From Candidatus Babelota bacterium (lineage in GTDB: Bacteria > Babelota > Babeliae > Babelales > CAIQNR01): a stretch of DNA of 64,000 bases. Below the pieces are notes generated by a model. The model was not told the origin of the DNA and ran no database searches. It was given only the letters and a program-made list of their open reading frames with translations. Of this stretch, positions 40,774-51,224 are shown in pieces. The stretch covers positions 113,658 through 177,657 of the forward strand of contig CBFHTA010000001.1 of NCBI GenBank assembly GCA_965658655.1. Direction: 5' to 3'. Every line of letters begins with the position of its first letter. The stretch's first letter is position 1. The position numbers and the translations under genes were made by a program.

Positions 40774-41277
40774 TTACAGGATAACACAGACACTCTTTTG
40801 TCCTCTAGGTGTATTCCGAAGCCTTCCAAGTTCATTCTCAGATTCTTGAAGTTTTTGCTCAATCTCTGCTTTTTCTCTTCTCAAGCGAAAGCTGTCTATA
40901 GATAATAATTCAAGAGCTCTTTGATCGATCTTTAATTGCTTCTCTTGCTGCTTTACATACCCATAAAGAAAAGCTACCCCTCCAGCTCCTACAAATCCCA
41001 TTACCCAAGGGTTCTGGGGCTCAAGAATATTGCTTGGCAAAGAATCCACCCCTTTAGAGTAACCAATCCCCATGACTGCTCCAACCACCGCTGCTCCTAG
41101 ATACCTGCACACAATAGAACTGTTAGGCTCAGAATCTCTACCTTCAATATCTCGTTTGGCGATTTTACGCTTATCCCTTATAGCTACCCGATCAATAACA
41201 CTATCGTTCAAATCGGCTGCAAAAATCGAAACAGTACTGCTTAACACTGCAAGAAACAAGCTTATTTTTATTTTCAT
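40774..41277 (-). CDS. Secreted protein with hydrophobic hairpin, coiled coil and C-terminal CaaX (CVIL)
   Basis: Signal peptide ending IFA, two hydrophobic helices, heptad-rich segment, ends ...PRGQKSVCVIL*. Confidence 0.75.
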   Translation of the reverse strand: MKIKISLFLAVLSSTVSIFAADLNDSVIDRVAIRDKRKIAKRDIEGRDSEPNSSIVCRYLGAAVVGAVMGIGYSKGVDSLPSNILEPQNPWVMGFVGAGGVAFLYGYVKQQEKQLKIDQRALELLSIDSFRLRREKAEIEQKLQESENELGRLRNTPRGQKSVCVIL

Positions 41278-41467
41278 AATAAATTCTCTATCTATATCTA
41301 AAGCTCCTCCCTAAGAGTACGCTTTTTTTATTCTATTTGTAAAAGCGCCTCTCAAACTTAACTGTGCCGATAAACTAACAAAACAGGCTTAAACTTCCCT
41401 TTGTCTGGCATTTTGCTATACTGAAAGCTTCTTCCAAAACAAGGTATTTAAACGGCAAAGGACTCGC

Positions 41468-42925
41468 ATGGCAGAGCACAAATCAATTATTGAAGCTTAT
41501 CCAGACTATCGTGTTGATATTGGTATCGAAGTACATGTTCAATTAAACACCAAAAGTAAAATCTTCTGTTCATCTTCTAATGACCAGACAGAAACTGCCA
41601 ACAGTCATATTTGCCAGATTTGTACTGGCTATCCTGGAACACTGCCTGTCTTAAACAAAAAGGTCGTAGAGTTCGGAATAAAAGCGGCACTTGCTACTGG
41701 ATCAAAGATCGCTACAAAAAGCACTTTTGCTCGCAAACACTATTTCTACCCTGATTTGCCAAAAGATTACCAAATTACTCAAGACAAAAAACCAATCTGC
41801 ACAGAAGGTAAAGTAACTATTACCAAGGAAGATGGCACCGAAAAAGAGATTCGTTTAATTCGCATCCATATGGAAGAAGATGCGGGTAAAAATATTCACG
41901 CACAAGGTGATGAAAGTTTTGTAGACTTTAACCGTGCCGGAACTCCTTTATTAGAAATAGTAAGCTACCCAGATATTGAATCTACCGAAGAAGTTCGTGC
42001 TTATTTAAAAAAAGTACGCTCTCTTGTGCAGTATCTTGGAATTTCTACTGGGAATATGGAAGAAGGCTCTTTCCGTGCAGACACTAATATTTCTGTACGT
42101 AAAAAAGACTCTAAAGAGCTGGGTACACGCTGTGAACTTAAAAATATTAACTCCTTTAAATTCATTAGCGACGCTGTTGAATACGAAATTCAACGTCAAA
42201 TTGAACTTCTTGAAAGTGGTGAAGAAGTAAAACAACAAACACGTTTATGGGACACTAAGAAACGTGAGTCTCGACCAATGCGTTCTAAAGAAGAAGCAGC
42301 AGACTACCGCTACTTCCAAGACCCAGACCTACCAGTTATAGAAATTAACGATGAATGGATTAATCGTGTTCAAGCAACCCTGCCAGAACTGCCTGATCAA
42401 AAATTAAAACGCCTAAAAGAACAATTTGGTATTAATACTTATGAAGCAGGAATTCTCGTAGACGATCGAGAACTTGCCCTGTACTTTGAAGACGCTGCAA
42501 AACACACGCAAAACAAACAACTCATCAACTGGGTATTGCGAGATATTATGGGCTACCTAAAAGAACACAAGCTTCATATTTCTAACTTTAAAATGTCTCC
42601 CAACAAGCTTGCAGAGCTGATGAACTTGCTCGGTGACGGCGCCATTAATAATCGTGCAGCACGAGAAGTATTTGAGATAGTTGCAAAGAATGGAACCAAT
42701 CCTACCCAAGTTGTTAAAGACAAAGGTCTCGAGCAGATTGGCGACTCTAAAGAGTTAGAAAAAATCGTTAAAGAGATTGTCGAAGCCAATCCAGAAAGTG
42801 TTGAAAAATATAAATCTGGAAAAGACAAGCTCTTTGGTTTCTTTGTTGGTCAAGCAATGCAGAAAACCAAAGGCAAAGGTAATCCAAAAATTATTAACGA
42901 AATACTTAAAAAATATTTGAGTTAA
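41468..42925 (+). CDS. gatB: Asp/Glu-tRNA amidotransferase subunit B
   Basis: IGIEVHVQL, RKHYFYPDLPK, HMEEDAGK, NRAGTPLLEIV, DYRYF, Yqey tail. Confidence 0.97.
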   Translation: MAEHKSIIEAYPDYRVDIGIEVHVQLNTKSKIFCSSSNDQTETANSHICQICTGYPGTLPVLNKKVVEFGIKAALATGSKIATKSTFARKHYFYPDLPKDYQITQDKKPICTEGKVTITKEDGTEKEIRLIRIHMEEDAGKNIHAQGDESFVDFNRAGTPLLEIVSYPDIESTEEVRAYLKKVRSLVQYLGISTGNMEEGSFRADTNISVRKKDSKELGTRCELKNINSFKFISDAVEYEIQRQIELLESGEEVKQQTRLWDTKKRESRPMRSKEEAADYRYFQDPDLPVIEINDEWINRVQATLPELPDQKLKRLKEQFGINTYEAGILVDDRELALYFEDAAKHTQNKQLINWVLRDIMGYLKEHKLHISNFKMSPNKLAELMNLLGDGAINNRAAREVFEIVAKNGTNPTQVVKDKGLEQIGDSKELEKIVKEIVEANPESVEKYKSGKDKLFGFFVGQAMQKTKGKGNPKIINEILKKYLS

Positions 42926-42930
42926 AACAA

Positions 42931-42964
42931 AAAAATAGGGCCGATTTTTCGGCCCTTATTTTTT
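42931..42964. terminator. Bidirectional intrinsic terminator
   Basis: AAAAATAGGGCCGA-TTTT-TCGGCCCTTATTTTTT between convergent genes. Confidence 0.8.
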
Positions 42965-42965
42965 A

Positions 42966-43583
42966 CTACCGCCCCCATCTAGACCATAAGCTTTTTACTT
43001 TATTGTGCACTGTTTTATGAAGCGCTTTGTTTTCTTCAAAGCCTGCGTTCATCTGAGCAGAAAGGCGGTCCTCTCCATTCTTAAGTGCTTGTCTTGTTTT
43101 AGCAAAACCTTCCTTTGTGGTTCCCACTAAAGAATCATGAAGACTTTTTGCGTGTCCTTTAAGAGCAGCCTCTGTAGCTAGAAGATCGTTTTTACGAGCA
43201 GCAGTTGCCTCAAGACTTTTTACGCCTCCCTGAATATCTTTCACTCTTATTTGAACATCTTCAAGACGAGAGCCTTGGTTACCAAGTGTAAACCCTAGTG
43301 CTACGCCGCCGGCTGTTCCAGCTGCTTTTTGGCTCCAAGAATCTCCTGCTGCATAATACCCAGTAACACCACCGGCAACGGTAGCCGCTGCTCTTTTTGG
43401 ATTTTCTGTAACTTTTTGTGTAATCACTCTTTTAGCTGTTTGCACACCGACTCTTGCCACTTGAGTCTTTGTGCGAGCCGCCATAACTAAGCGTTGTGCT
43501 GTAGCTCTTGCTGGACCAACAAACGTATCTGTTTGCGCTGAGCTCAAAAGAGCTGTAATTACTAATAACTGTTTTGTGTTCAT
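42966..43583 (-). CDS. Secreted protein with Gly-zipper hairpin and coiled coil
   Basis: Signal peptide, AGGVTG/AGTAGGVALG helices, C-terminal coiled coil. Confidence 0.7.
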   Translation of the reverse strand: MNTKQLLVITALLSSAQTDTFVGPARATAQRLVMAARTKTQVARVGVQTAKRVITQKVTENPKRAAATVAGGVTGYYAAGDSWSQKAAGTAGGVALGFTLGNQGSRLEDVQIRVKDIQGGVKSLEATAARKNDLLATEAALKGHAKSLHDSLVGTTKEGFAKTRQALKNGEDRLSAQMNAGFEENKALHKTVHNKVKSLWSRWGR

Positions 43584-43620
43584 AATCAAATTCCCTAAGT
43601 AATTATCAATTTAACAAAAT

Positions 43621-44463
43621 TTACTCTGCAAAAGCCGCAGCTCCATTCTGACCTGTAAATTCAGAAGGAAGTGCCATCCGAACCTCACCACCAATTTCAG
43701 CTCCTTGAGAAGCCAATAAATGCTGGGCAGTTGCAACATACGCCACGTTTTGTTGTTTTAGTAACTCAACATGATTTTTTATTTCATCGTCTTCAGCAAC
43801 GTACTTTTTTAAGTTAAGCTGGTGACTTCGATTATTAGTATAAGCGGCACCCAAATGCGCAATCGCGTGTAACCCTGTTTGCTTTTTGATACTATCAATC
43901 GAAACTTTAAATTCGCCCTCTGCTTGTTCTGATCTAGCGTTTGCAGCGGCAACATCTTCGTGTAAGCCAGTAATTGCTACATTTTGCCTCTCAATAGTTC
44001 TTTGACGATTAGCTGCTAGATCTCTTTGAGTATTTCTTTCGCCTTCTAAGACCCCGTTCGCTGCTATCAACTGAGTATTTGTTACATGCAACCCTCTAAC
44101 CTCGTTCTCGAGACCTGTAGCTCGTCTTTGAGCAGCATTTCGCTCGCCGCGCAATTCTCCTCGTTCTTCTTCAAGAGATCGATACTGTCTGTTCCCAAGC
44201 CATACACCACCACAAAGACCTCCCAGGCCAATCCAGCCTAACCAGCCATCTGAGGCACCAGTACAATGAGCAGCAGTATATGCAGCTCCACCGCCGGCAA
44301 CACCATATATTGTTTGATGAGTTACATACCTTTTCGCGGGAACCCAACTCCATAACATTGCACGAAAACTACGTGGCTGCTCCTTTTCTCCGGATTCTAA
44401 AGAAGCTTCAACAGAAAAAGCCAAACTCAACAACATTAAACCTAAAAATATATTCTTTTTCAT
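43621..44463 (-). CDS. Secreted protein with hydrophobic hairpin and long coiled coil
   Basis: AAAGGA RBS, signal peptide ending VEA, GVAGGGAAY/WLGWIGLGGLCGGVWLG, about 100-aa heptad region. Confidence 0.72.
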   Translation of the reverse strand: MKKNIFLGLMLLSLAFSVEASLESGEKEQPRSFRAMLWSWVPAKRYVTHQTIYGVAGGGAAYTAAHCTGASDGWLGWIGLGGLCGGVWLGNRQYRSLEEERGELRGERNAAQRRATGLENEVRGLHVTNTQLIAANGVLEGERNTQRDLAANRQRTIERQNVAITGLHEDVAAANARSEQAEGEFKVSIDSIKKQTGLHAIAHLGAAYTNNRSHQLNLKKYVAEDDEIKNHVELLKQQNVAYVATAQHLLASQGAEIGGEVRMALPSEFTGQNGAAAFAE

Positions 44464-44552
44464 AGCAACATCCTTTGCTTAAACGCACTTCAAGCGACTT
44501 ATCTAATAAATAATACTACCAACTTAAAGTCTATCTAGCAAAAGGAAAGCCT

Positions 44553-45358
44553 TTACTGAAGCTTATTTTGAAAGTATCGACTAGCAATTAAACTTAAACT
44601 AATTGCCCCCAATAAAAAAATAAAAAGAGGAAGAAGGCAAGTGAAAAAGAAATAGAACCAATTCATAAGCTCAAAGTAATAGTTGGACTTACCTGTTGCA
44701 GTAAAGTAATAAAGAACAGGCCCTTGCCAATAGCGAGCAATAAACTGAAATGTATTACGAACAAACCAAGAAGGTGAGCCTTTCCCGTACCTAAACATAA
44801 GTACATTATTAAAATGCACTAACCAATAAATTGGATACGTTTCTAGCCGGTCAGGATACGCAACCTCTCCGTAAAAAACTTGTTCTATATCTTTAAAAGA
44901 GCCATCAAGAACCGGTTTAGAAATATCAATAGCACCAATTAATTGATCATTTTTCTTAAAACTTACATTAAATATTGGGCCATAAATAACCCATTTGTTT
45001 TTTCAAACACTTCAACCAAAGTGTGTGTAGCATAAGGATCGCCAACACTTTTCACTACGAATAATTTTCGCGCTTTATAGCCCTGCAATTGTAATTGTTT
45101 TAAAAACAACTCAGACATATCATTACAGTTTTTCCCGTTAACAACTCCATTCATAACTTTCTTCATAATCTCTTGAGGAGAAAGACTTGATACGTCTTGA
45201 TGATTTGCCCCATTGTTACAACCCAAAAGCTCAAAATTTTTGACAGGAACAATTTTATAAAAAGCATCATAGTGACGCAAAAGAAAAATACCTGCAACGT
45301 TTGTAATAACTAAAAAAACAATGACGGCTTGATCCTGCGATACAATTTTCAACTCCAC
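44553..45358 (-). pseudogene. Frameshifted transglutaminase-like membrane protein
   Basis: ORF 44963..45358 has C...H-x-x-x-EV motifs; adding one A to the A6 run at 44998-45003 continues as EKNKWVIYGPIFNV..., open and in frame with ORF 44553..44819. Confidence 0.7.
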
Positions 45359-45484
45359 TTAAAGCCACTCAACATGGCTCGAAAATAATTTTTCTATTTT
45401 CAGCTACTTTGACCAAGGGGACAACTCATCCCGAACGAGGTTAAAAACGGTCTATCGATAAGTCAAAAAAGTAAACCTTCCAGC

Positions 45485-46366
45485 CTACCCTAACTGATAC
45501 TTGCGAGCCTTCTCTAAAATAAAACCTTCTTTACACAGCCCATTCAAGATTTTTTCTACACGTTCTTCTTGGTCTGGAAAAAGAGCGTGCAATTGTTTTA
45601 GTGTTGCCGATGATCTTTCCGCTAAGCTTTTAACAATCGCCCCTCTAATCTGACGATCAGAACCCTCGAATTTTGACTGCGTTGTGTGATGCTTGCTTTT
45701 TCGACTTGGGTTTTTATAGAGCCTTTTTAGCACCACTCCATAATCCATCAATGCATAGTACCATTCACGAGGATTCACATAATCCACTGTTAATTCAATT
45801 AAAGGCATAAGCTCTTTGTCTGTAACATCTTGATGGTCATTAAAAAATGCGTGCAAATAAACCGCACGAATATTGGTTTCTATAAAAACTGTTGGTTTAT
45901 TAAAGGCAAAAGCAACAATAGAAGATGCTGTCGCAGGGCCAAGGCCCTTAAATGTCTCTAATACTTCTGGATCGTCTGGCAGTTGACCATCAAACTCTTT
46001 GATTACTTTTTGAGCAATACCATGAAGTGCCAAACCGCGACGATTATAACCAAGACCAACCCATTCAGCCAAAACTGCTCTTACAGGCGCATTAGCGAGC
46101 TCTTCGAACGTTTTAAATTCATGCGTAAATGTTTGAAATTTTTCAACAACACGTTGCGTTTGAGTTTGTTGCAGCATAACTTCAGAAACTACAATTTTAT
46201 ATGGGTCAATTGTGTTTCGCCACGCAAATAAACGCTTCTCTTGATGATAAAAATTCCACACTGCTTGCCTAAAATGCTCTAAAAGTTTTGGTGAAATTTC
46301 TTGTTTTTTAAGTTCTTTAGAGAAACGCTGATAAAAGCCTTTTAATGGATCTTGTTTGTGAGTCAT
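45485..46366 (-). CDS. mutY: A/G-specific adenine glycosylase (short MutY type)
   Basis: WR, VSEVMLQQTQ, WVGLGYNRR, HhH GLGPATA, ETNIR. Confidence 0.85.
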   Translation of the reverse strand: MTHKQDPLKGFYQRFSKELKKQEISPKLLEHFRQAVWNFYHQEKRLFAWRNTIDPYKIVVSEVMLQQTQTQRVVEKFQTFTHEFKTFEELANAPVRAVLAEWVGLGYNRRGLALHGIAQKVIKEFDGQLPDDPEVLETFKGLGPATASSIVAFAFNKPTVFIETNIRAVYLHAFFNDHQDVTDKELMPLIELTVDYVNPREWYYALMDYGVVLKRLYKNPSRKSKHHTTQSKFEGSDRQIRGAIVKSLAERSSATLKQLHALFPDQEERVEKILNGLCKEGFILEKARKYQLG

Positions 46367-46372
46367 AGTATC

Positions 46373-49009
46373 TTACTGTTTTTCATCCTCTAGGCGACCA
46401 ACTTCAAATGTAACCATCTTCTCTACGTTGAGGATTTTTCGCGCTGCTTCTTTTACCTCTTCAAGGGTGATTTTTTCTAACGCAATGTCACGAGTGTCAA
46501 AATAGTCCTCACCTAACCCAAAACGATCAATTGCTATAAATGCACTTGCCATAGACTTATTAGAAGAAAAATGGTCAACTCGACTGCTGACTAATGTTTG
46601 TTTTGCGCGCTCAAGTTCGTCTTCTGTTATAGAGTCTATTACTTCACTCATTGTTTTTGTAATTGCTTTTTTCGCTTCTTCTAAACGATCTTTAGAAACA
46701 ATAGTTCGAACCACACACATGCCAGGCTCTTCATCTGCTCCTGCAATGAGAGATCCAGAAATACTATAAAATAATCCTGTTTGCTCGCGCAAAGCAAAAA
46801 GACGCGAGTTCATAGAACCAGAAGACCCACCACCAAAGATTTGGTCAAACAAAAGAAGCTTATCAAAGTCAGGGTGGCTACGACCTACAGAAGTACCTGC
46901 AAATGCGAGTACAACCTGGTCTCTATTGATAGGATAAGTTACGCGTTGTTGTGTAACCTGCTGTAAAGCAGGGCATATCTTATCATGCACAGCGGCACGT
47001 TCCCAACTACTAAGATGCTTTTCTAAAGCAAACTGAATGTCGCACTCTTTTAGGTCACCGACAATAGAAATTCGTGCCCCCGAAGGAGACATATGCGCCT
47101 TGTAAAAATCAACTAAATCTTTGCGTGTAATTTTTTTCACACTCTCAAATGTTCCATAATAATTTTGGGAATAAGGATGATTTTCGTAAATTTTTTCTCG
47201 AATTAAATGACCAGAGAAATCCCTTGGAGAATCCCAATACATAGTAAGATCGGTCAATAGATGATCACGCACTTTCTCTATTTCTTTCTCATCAAATGTT
47301 GCGTTGATTAAAATCTCATTCAAAAACTCTAATGCTTTTTCAAAATCATCACTCAGCGAACTCAGCACTATGAATCCCGGCTCAACACCCAAAGACATTC
47401 CATAATCTTCCATTGCTTGCGCAAGTTGATTGCCAGGATAATTTTTTGTACCTTCAACAAGCATAGAACACATAAAACTATAAAGGCCTTGAAGCTCTGC
47501 TGGGTCATAATGGCGACGTGCTTTAAAAGATAAAATAATGTCTATTTTAGGAAGATTTTCATTGCTGTGCGTAAAGACTTTCAAGCCATTTGAAAGTACA
47601 AACTTTTTGGGTTTATGAAAAGTAAACGGCTTTGCTTTTTTAATTTCAACTTTTCCTGCATGTACTGGTTGCTCAACTGGAAGCTCACGCACTCGGCCTT
47701 CTAAAATACGCGCGTCTTCTTGGTCAGATAAGCGCTGCAGGTCTGCCCACAAGCTTCTTCCGTTTTCATCAAGAGGTAAAACTTTTCCTGAATGCATAAC
47801 CGATGGAGAAAAATATTTTTGCAGTAAATTTTTAATTTCTTGTTCAAGTTTTTCTGTAGGATAATTAATGTATGTAAACGTAAAGTTTTCATCACCTGTT
47901 TTTATAAAACTACTTGCAATGGCTTGCGCTTGACCATTATTACTCTCAAGAGATTTAACATGCGCAACCTTGACTGCTTTAACTGCACGCTTTAATTCTC
48001 GCTCAGAAATTCCATCCTTAATTACTTTTGCAATCTCTTCGTAAACTGCTTTTGTAATCGTTTCTATGTCTTCTTCTTTTTTAGGCTCGGCATAAATAAA
48101 AGCTACTGATGCATCTTCTAGGCGATCGAGCATCACCGCAACATCGGTTGCTATGTGCATTTCATCAACAAGCCTCTTGTACAATCGCGAACTTTTCCCG
48201 CGACCTAAAACAACACTTAACACTTCAAAAACGTATCGTTTTTTTTCTTTTTCCCCTGGAAGAATTGCCGCCAACAACATAAATGGCTGCTTAACGTCGC
48301 GCCTTAATGTAACAGCTGTAGCACCCAGCTCTTTCCCATGGTAAAACTCTGGGCGTGTGTATGCTTCATCTTTTTTCACAGCTCCAAAGATCTTTTCAGC
48401 TTCTTCAAAAACCTCTTCTGGTTTTACATCACCAACAACTACAAGTACTGCGTTGTTGGGCACATAATGTTTTTTATAAAAATTAAAAAGCGTATCTCTT
48501 TTTACATTCCATAAATCTTGCTTAAATCCAATGATTGGATAATGGTAGGGGTGGTCGGCAAACATTGCTTGTAACATCTTTTCTGCAAGATCATTAAAGT
48601 AATCATCTTTGTACATCTTCAATTCTTGAATTACTGCCTTCATTTCAGAATTAAGCATTTGCTCATCAAAGCGAGCGTTCTCCATGCAATCTGCATACAT
48701 ACGCAACGCTTCTTTCCAGTGCTGTGTTGGAAAATCAAAAATATATCCTGTGGCATCGTGTGATGTGTAAGCATTAGTATAACCCGACAGTTTTTCGGTA
48801 ATAACGTTAATGTCAGATTCAGAAAGAGTTTTTGTTCCTTTAAAAATCATGTGCTCAATCAAATGAGCAAGCCCTTTTTGACCAGTTTGCTCATCTTTTG
48901 AACCCACATGATACACTAATTGTGTAGCAACTTTTGGAACCAGGCTCACAGGCCTAACCAACACTGTTAACCCATTTAAAAGAACTTTCTTAAAAACCAT
49001 TGTCTGCAT
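46373..49009 (-). CDS. M16 family zinc metallopeptidase (fused two-half form)
   Basis: HLIEH inverted zinc motif, NAYTS, SRLF..LRE..GL.Y. Confidence 0.93.
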   Translation of the reverse strand: MQTMVFKKVLLNGLTVLVRPVSLVPKVATQLVYHVGSKDEQTGQKGLAHLIEHMIFKGTKTLSESDINVITEKLSGYTNAYTSHDATGYIFDFPTQHWKEALRMYADCMENARFDEQMLNSEMKAVIQELKMYKDDYFNDLAEKMLQAMFADHPYHYPIIGFKQDLWNVKRDTLFNFYKKHYVPNNAVLVVVGDVKPEEVFEEAEKIFGAVKKDEAYTRPEFYHGKELGATAVTLRRDVKQPFMLLAAILPGEKEKKRYVFEVLSVVLGRGKSSRLYKRLVDEMHIATDVAVMLDRLEDASVAFIYAEPKKEEDIETITKAVYEEIAKVIKDGISERELKRAVKAVKVAHVKSLESNNGQAQAIASSFIKTGDENFTFTYINYPTEKLEQEIKNLLQKYFSPSVMHSGKVLPLDENGRSLWADLQRLSDQEDARILEGRVRELPVEQPVHAGKVEIKKAKPFTFHKPKKFVLSNGLKVFTHSNENLPKIDIILSFKARRHYDPAELQGLYSFMCSMLVEGTKNYPGNQLAQAMEDYGMSLGVEPGFIVLSSLSDDFEKALEFLNEILINATFDEKEIEKVRDHLLTDLTMYWDSPRDFSGHLIREKIYENHPYSQNYYGTFESVKKITRKDLVDFYKAHMSPSGARISIVGDLKECDIQFALEKHLSSWERAAVHDKICPALQQVTQQRVTYPINRDQVVLAFAGTSVGRSHPDFDKLLLFDQIFGGGSSGSMNSRLFALREQTGLFYSISGSLIAGADEEPGMCVVRTIVSKDRLEEAKKAITKTMSEVIDSITEDELERAKQTLVSSRVDHFSSNKSMASAFIAIDRFGLGEDYFDTRDIALEKITLEEVKEAARKILNVEKMVTFEVGRLEDEKQ

Positions 49010-49113
49010 TTGTTATTCCTCTATACTTTGTACTAATCAAACCATAAGAATGGTACACCGATCTGTACTTATTAGCAACGCACATTTTGCCACCCTTGGC
49101 GCCAAAGGCCCCT

Positions 49114-49920
49114 ATGAGCAAGCTTAATTTATTTCTTTCTTTATCATTAATAGTAAGCGGCTGTTTTGCTTGCGACACCAAATCTTTAGATATTAAACTC
49201 AAAAAAATAAGAGCCACCGTAACTCAACCCCTAGACGCCGCTTTAAAGAAAAAGGTTTCTATTCTCAAACAAGAAGGCAGTCTTTTAAAAGAAGGAAAAA
49301 ACTGGAAAAAGGTTAATCAACTTTTAACAGAGCTTAAAAACACTCCTGAATATCAATTTTTACACAAGATACAAGAGGCACTAAACCTTCTTAATGCCCT
49401 TGAAGATCTTGTTTTCTCACAACCACACTCAGAACTCCTTAAATCAGTTTCTTCTCTTTTACAATCCTCAACTTCTTTGAGTCAGCCATGTAAGTCATTT
49501 TTTCAAAAAGAACGAGCTCAGTTAATGGACAGAGCAGACGAAAGCATTCTCTTTAAGACAAAACAGTTCACTGTTTCAGAACTTAGAAGCTCCTTGCTAA
49601 AAGAACTAAAGACAGGGCTCAAAAACCTAAAAAATGTAGAGCTTTATAGTAAATTAAAAACCGCTCACGAAACATACTTAAACGATAAAGGAACAAAAAA
49701 AGCAAAGCTGTTGATAACAAAGATTACACATTTAGAACAAGAAAAAACTATTCAACTTCTAAACAATCAAAACTACCTAACGATTCAAAACGAAAAAGAC
49801 TTGCTACTCGAACAAACCAGGACACCAAAAATTCAAAAACGTTTAATAGAGGCCTCAAACTCGTTGCTTTCATCGCAATTAAGCCTATTCATTGCCCCAC
49901 TAGACCTTCTCATCTTGTAA
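49114..49920 (+). CDS. Secreted helical hypothetical protein
   Basis: Signal-like N-terminus (possible lipobox VSGC), K/L-rich helical body. Confidence 0.6.
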   Translation: MSKLNLFLSLSLIVSGCFACDTKSLDIKLKKIRATVTQPLDAALKKKVSILKQEGSLLKEGKNWKKVNQLLTELKNTPEYQFLHKIQEALNLLNALEDLVFSQPHSELLKSVSSLLQSSTSLSQPCKSFFQKERAQLMDRADESILFKTKQFTVSELRSSLLKELKTGLKNLKNVELYSKLKTAHETYLNDKGTKKAKLLITKITHLEQEKTIQLLNNQNYLTIQNEKDLLLEQTRTPKIQKRLIEASNSLLSSQLSLFIAPLDLLIL

Positions 49921-50019
49921 AAAAGCCACTAGCAGGCTATTATCATCTTTCAGGCTAATCTTACGACAAGACACAATCTTAATTCCAATACGCATATTTA
50001 ACCAAAAAAAAGACTCTCC

Positions 50020-51192
50020 ATGGCTACAAACTTCTTCACAAAATTTATACATATAGAAAAAAACAAATTAAATTCGGCTTTTTTGCTTTTTAAGCTGCCC
50101 TATTCCTTTTGGTTAACGCTAGCCGTTATTGCTGGAATTCTCTTTTCATACTATCACCTGTACCCCCTACTCATTCTATCTGCCACAGGATGCTATTTTG
50201 CCAAAAAATCTTCCTCTAAATCTTTCCCTATTCTTTTTTTTATCTTTTTAGGATATGGGATGCATACATTCCATTCTCTCCAAAAACTCCCTCTCCCTCT
50301 TTTAAAAGACACCGTTATACAAGGGAAGGTAACAGACAAAGCATTTACGGACAACTCTTTTTGGAAACATCGAATAAGGTTAGAAGTCTTTAACATAGAG
50401 AGTAAAAGCGGGTGGGTCCCCACCTCTTTTACTCTCTATGTTTATTCAAAAAAACATTTCTATGGAAGGGTGCAAGACATTGTTGAATGCGGCCCCCTAA
50501 CCATTAACCAGCCAACCGATAAAGGATTCACTCTTTACCTTAAAAGAGAAGGAGTTTCTGCAACCGCGTTCCCTCAACAACTTCGCTACAAGATCAAAGG
50601 TCGCCCTAAATTTTCCTTTTTAAATTGGCTTTTTTGGCAACGAGAACTTATTCAGATCAAGTTAAGAAAAAAGCTCTCTCGCGAGACCTTTTCTTTATTT
50701 TCCTCTCTTTTTGTTGGCAATCGAAAACCTGTAATGACCGCGCTTTCCCCTCACAAGCAACACTTTAAAAAATGGGGCATTCTGCACCATCTTGCCCGAT
50801 CAGGATTACACTTAGTGGTATTTATTATGATTTGGCACTACCTATTAAATGCACTTCCTTTATCGTTCAATAAAAAACATGGCATCCTATCATTCCTCAT
50901 TCTTTTTTATTTCCTTTTCTCTTGGTCGAGTCTTTCATTTGCGCGCGCCTTTATTGTCTATGTTTTTTACAAGATAGGAGTGCTCACACAATCAAAAGTT
51001 CACCCCCTTCATGCAATTTGCTCAGCGTGCCTGATGCTTTTGCTCTACAACCCCTTCCATCTTTTTTTTCTAGACTTTCAGCTAAGCTTTCTTTTGTCCT
51101 TTTTTCTTTTATGGATTACACATGTTGATCACCAAAGAAACATTATGCAATACAAAAGTCTTGCTGAAGAAAAGAGGAAAGATTTATCTTAA
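50020..51192 (+). CDS. comEC: ComEC/Rec2 competence membrane protein (no C-terminal beta-lactamase domain)
   Basis: GILHHLARSGLH, NP..L...FQLSF motifs, N-terminal OB-like region. Confidence 0.85.
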   Translation: MATNFFTKFIHIEKNKLNSAFLLFKLPYSFWLTLAVIAGILFSYYHLYPLLILSATGCYFAKKSSSKSFPILFFIFLGYGMHTFHSLQKLPLPLLKDTVIQGKVTDKAFTDNSFWKHRIRLEVFNIESKSGWVPTSFTLYVYSKKHFYGRVQDIVECGPLTINQPTDKGFTLYLKREGVSATAFPQQLRYKIKGRPKFSFLNWLFWQRELIQIKLRKKLSRETFSLFSSLFVGNRKPVMTALSPHKQHFKKWGILHHLARSGLHLVVFIMIWHYLLNALPLSFNKKHGILSFLILFYFLFSWSSLSFARAFIVYVFYKIGVLTQSKVHPLHAICSACLMLLLYNPFHLFFLDFQLSFLLSFFLLWITHVDHQRNIMQYKSLAEEKRKDLS

Positions 51193-51224
51193 AGAGAAAT
51201 CTTCCACAATAAAAAAGGGCTCAT

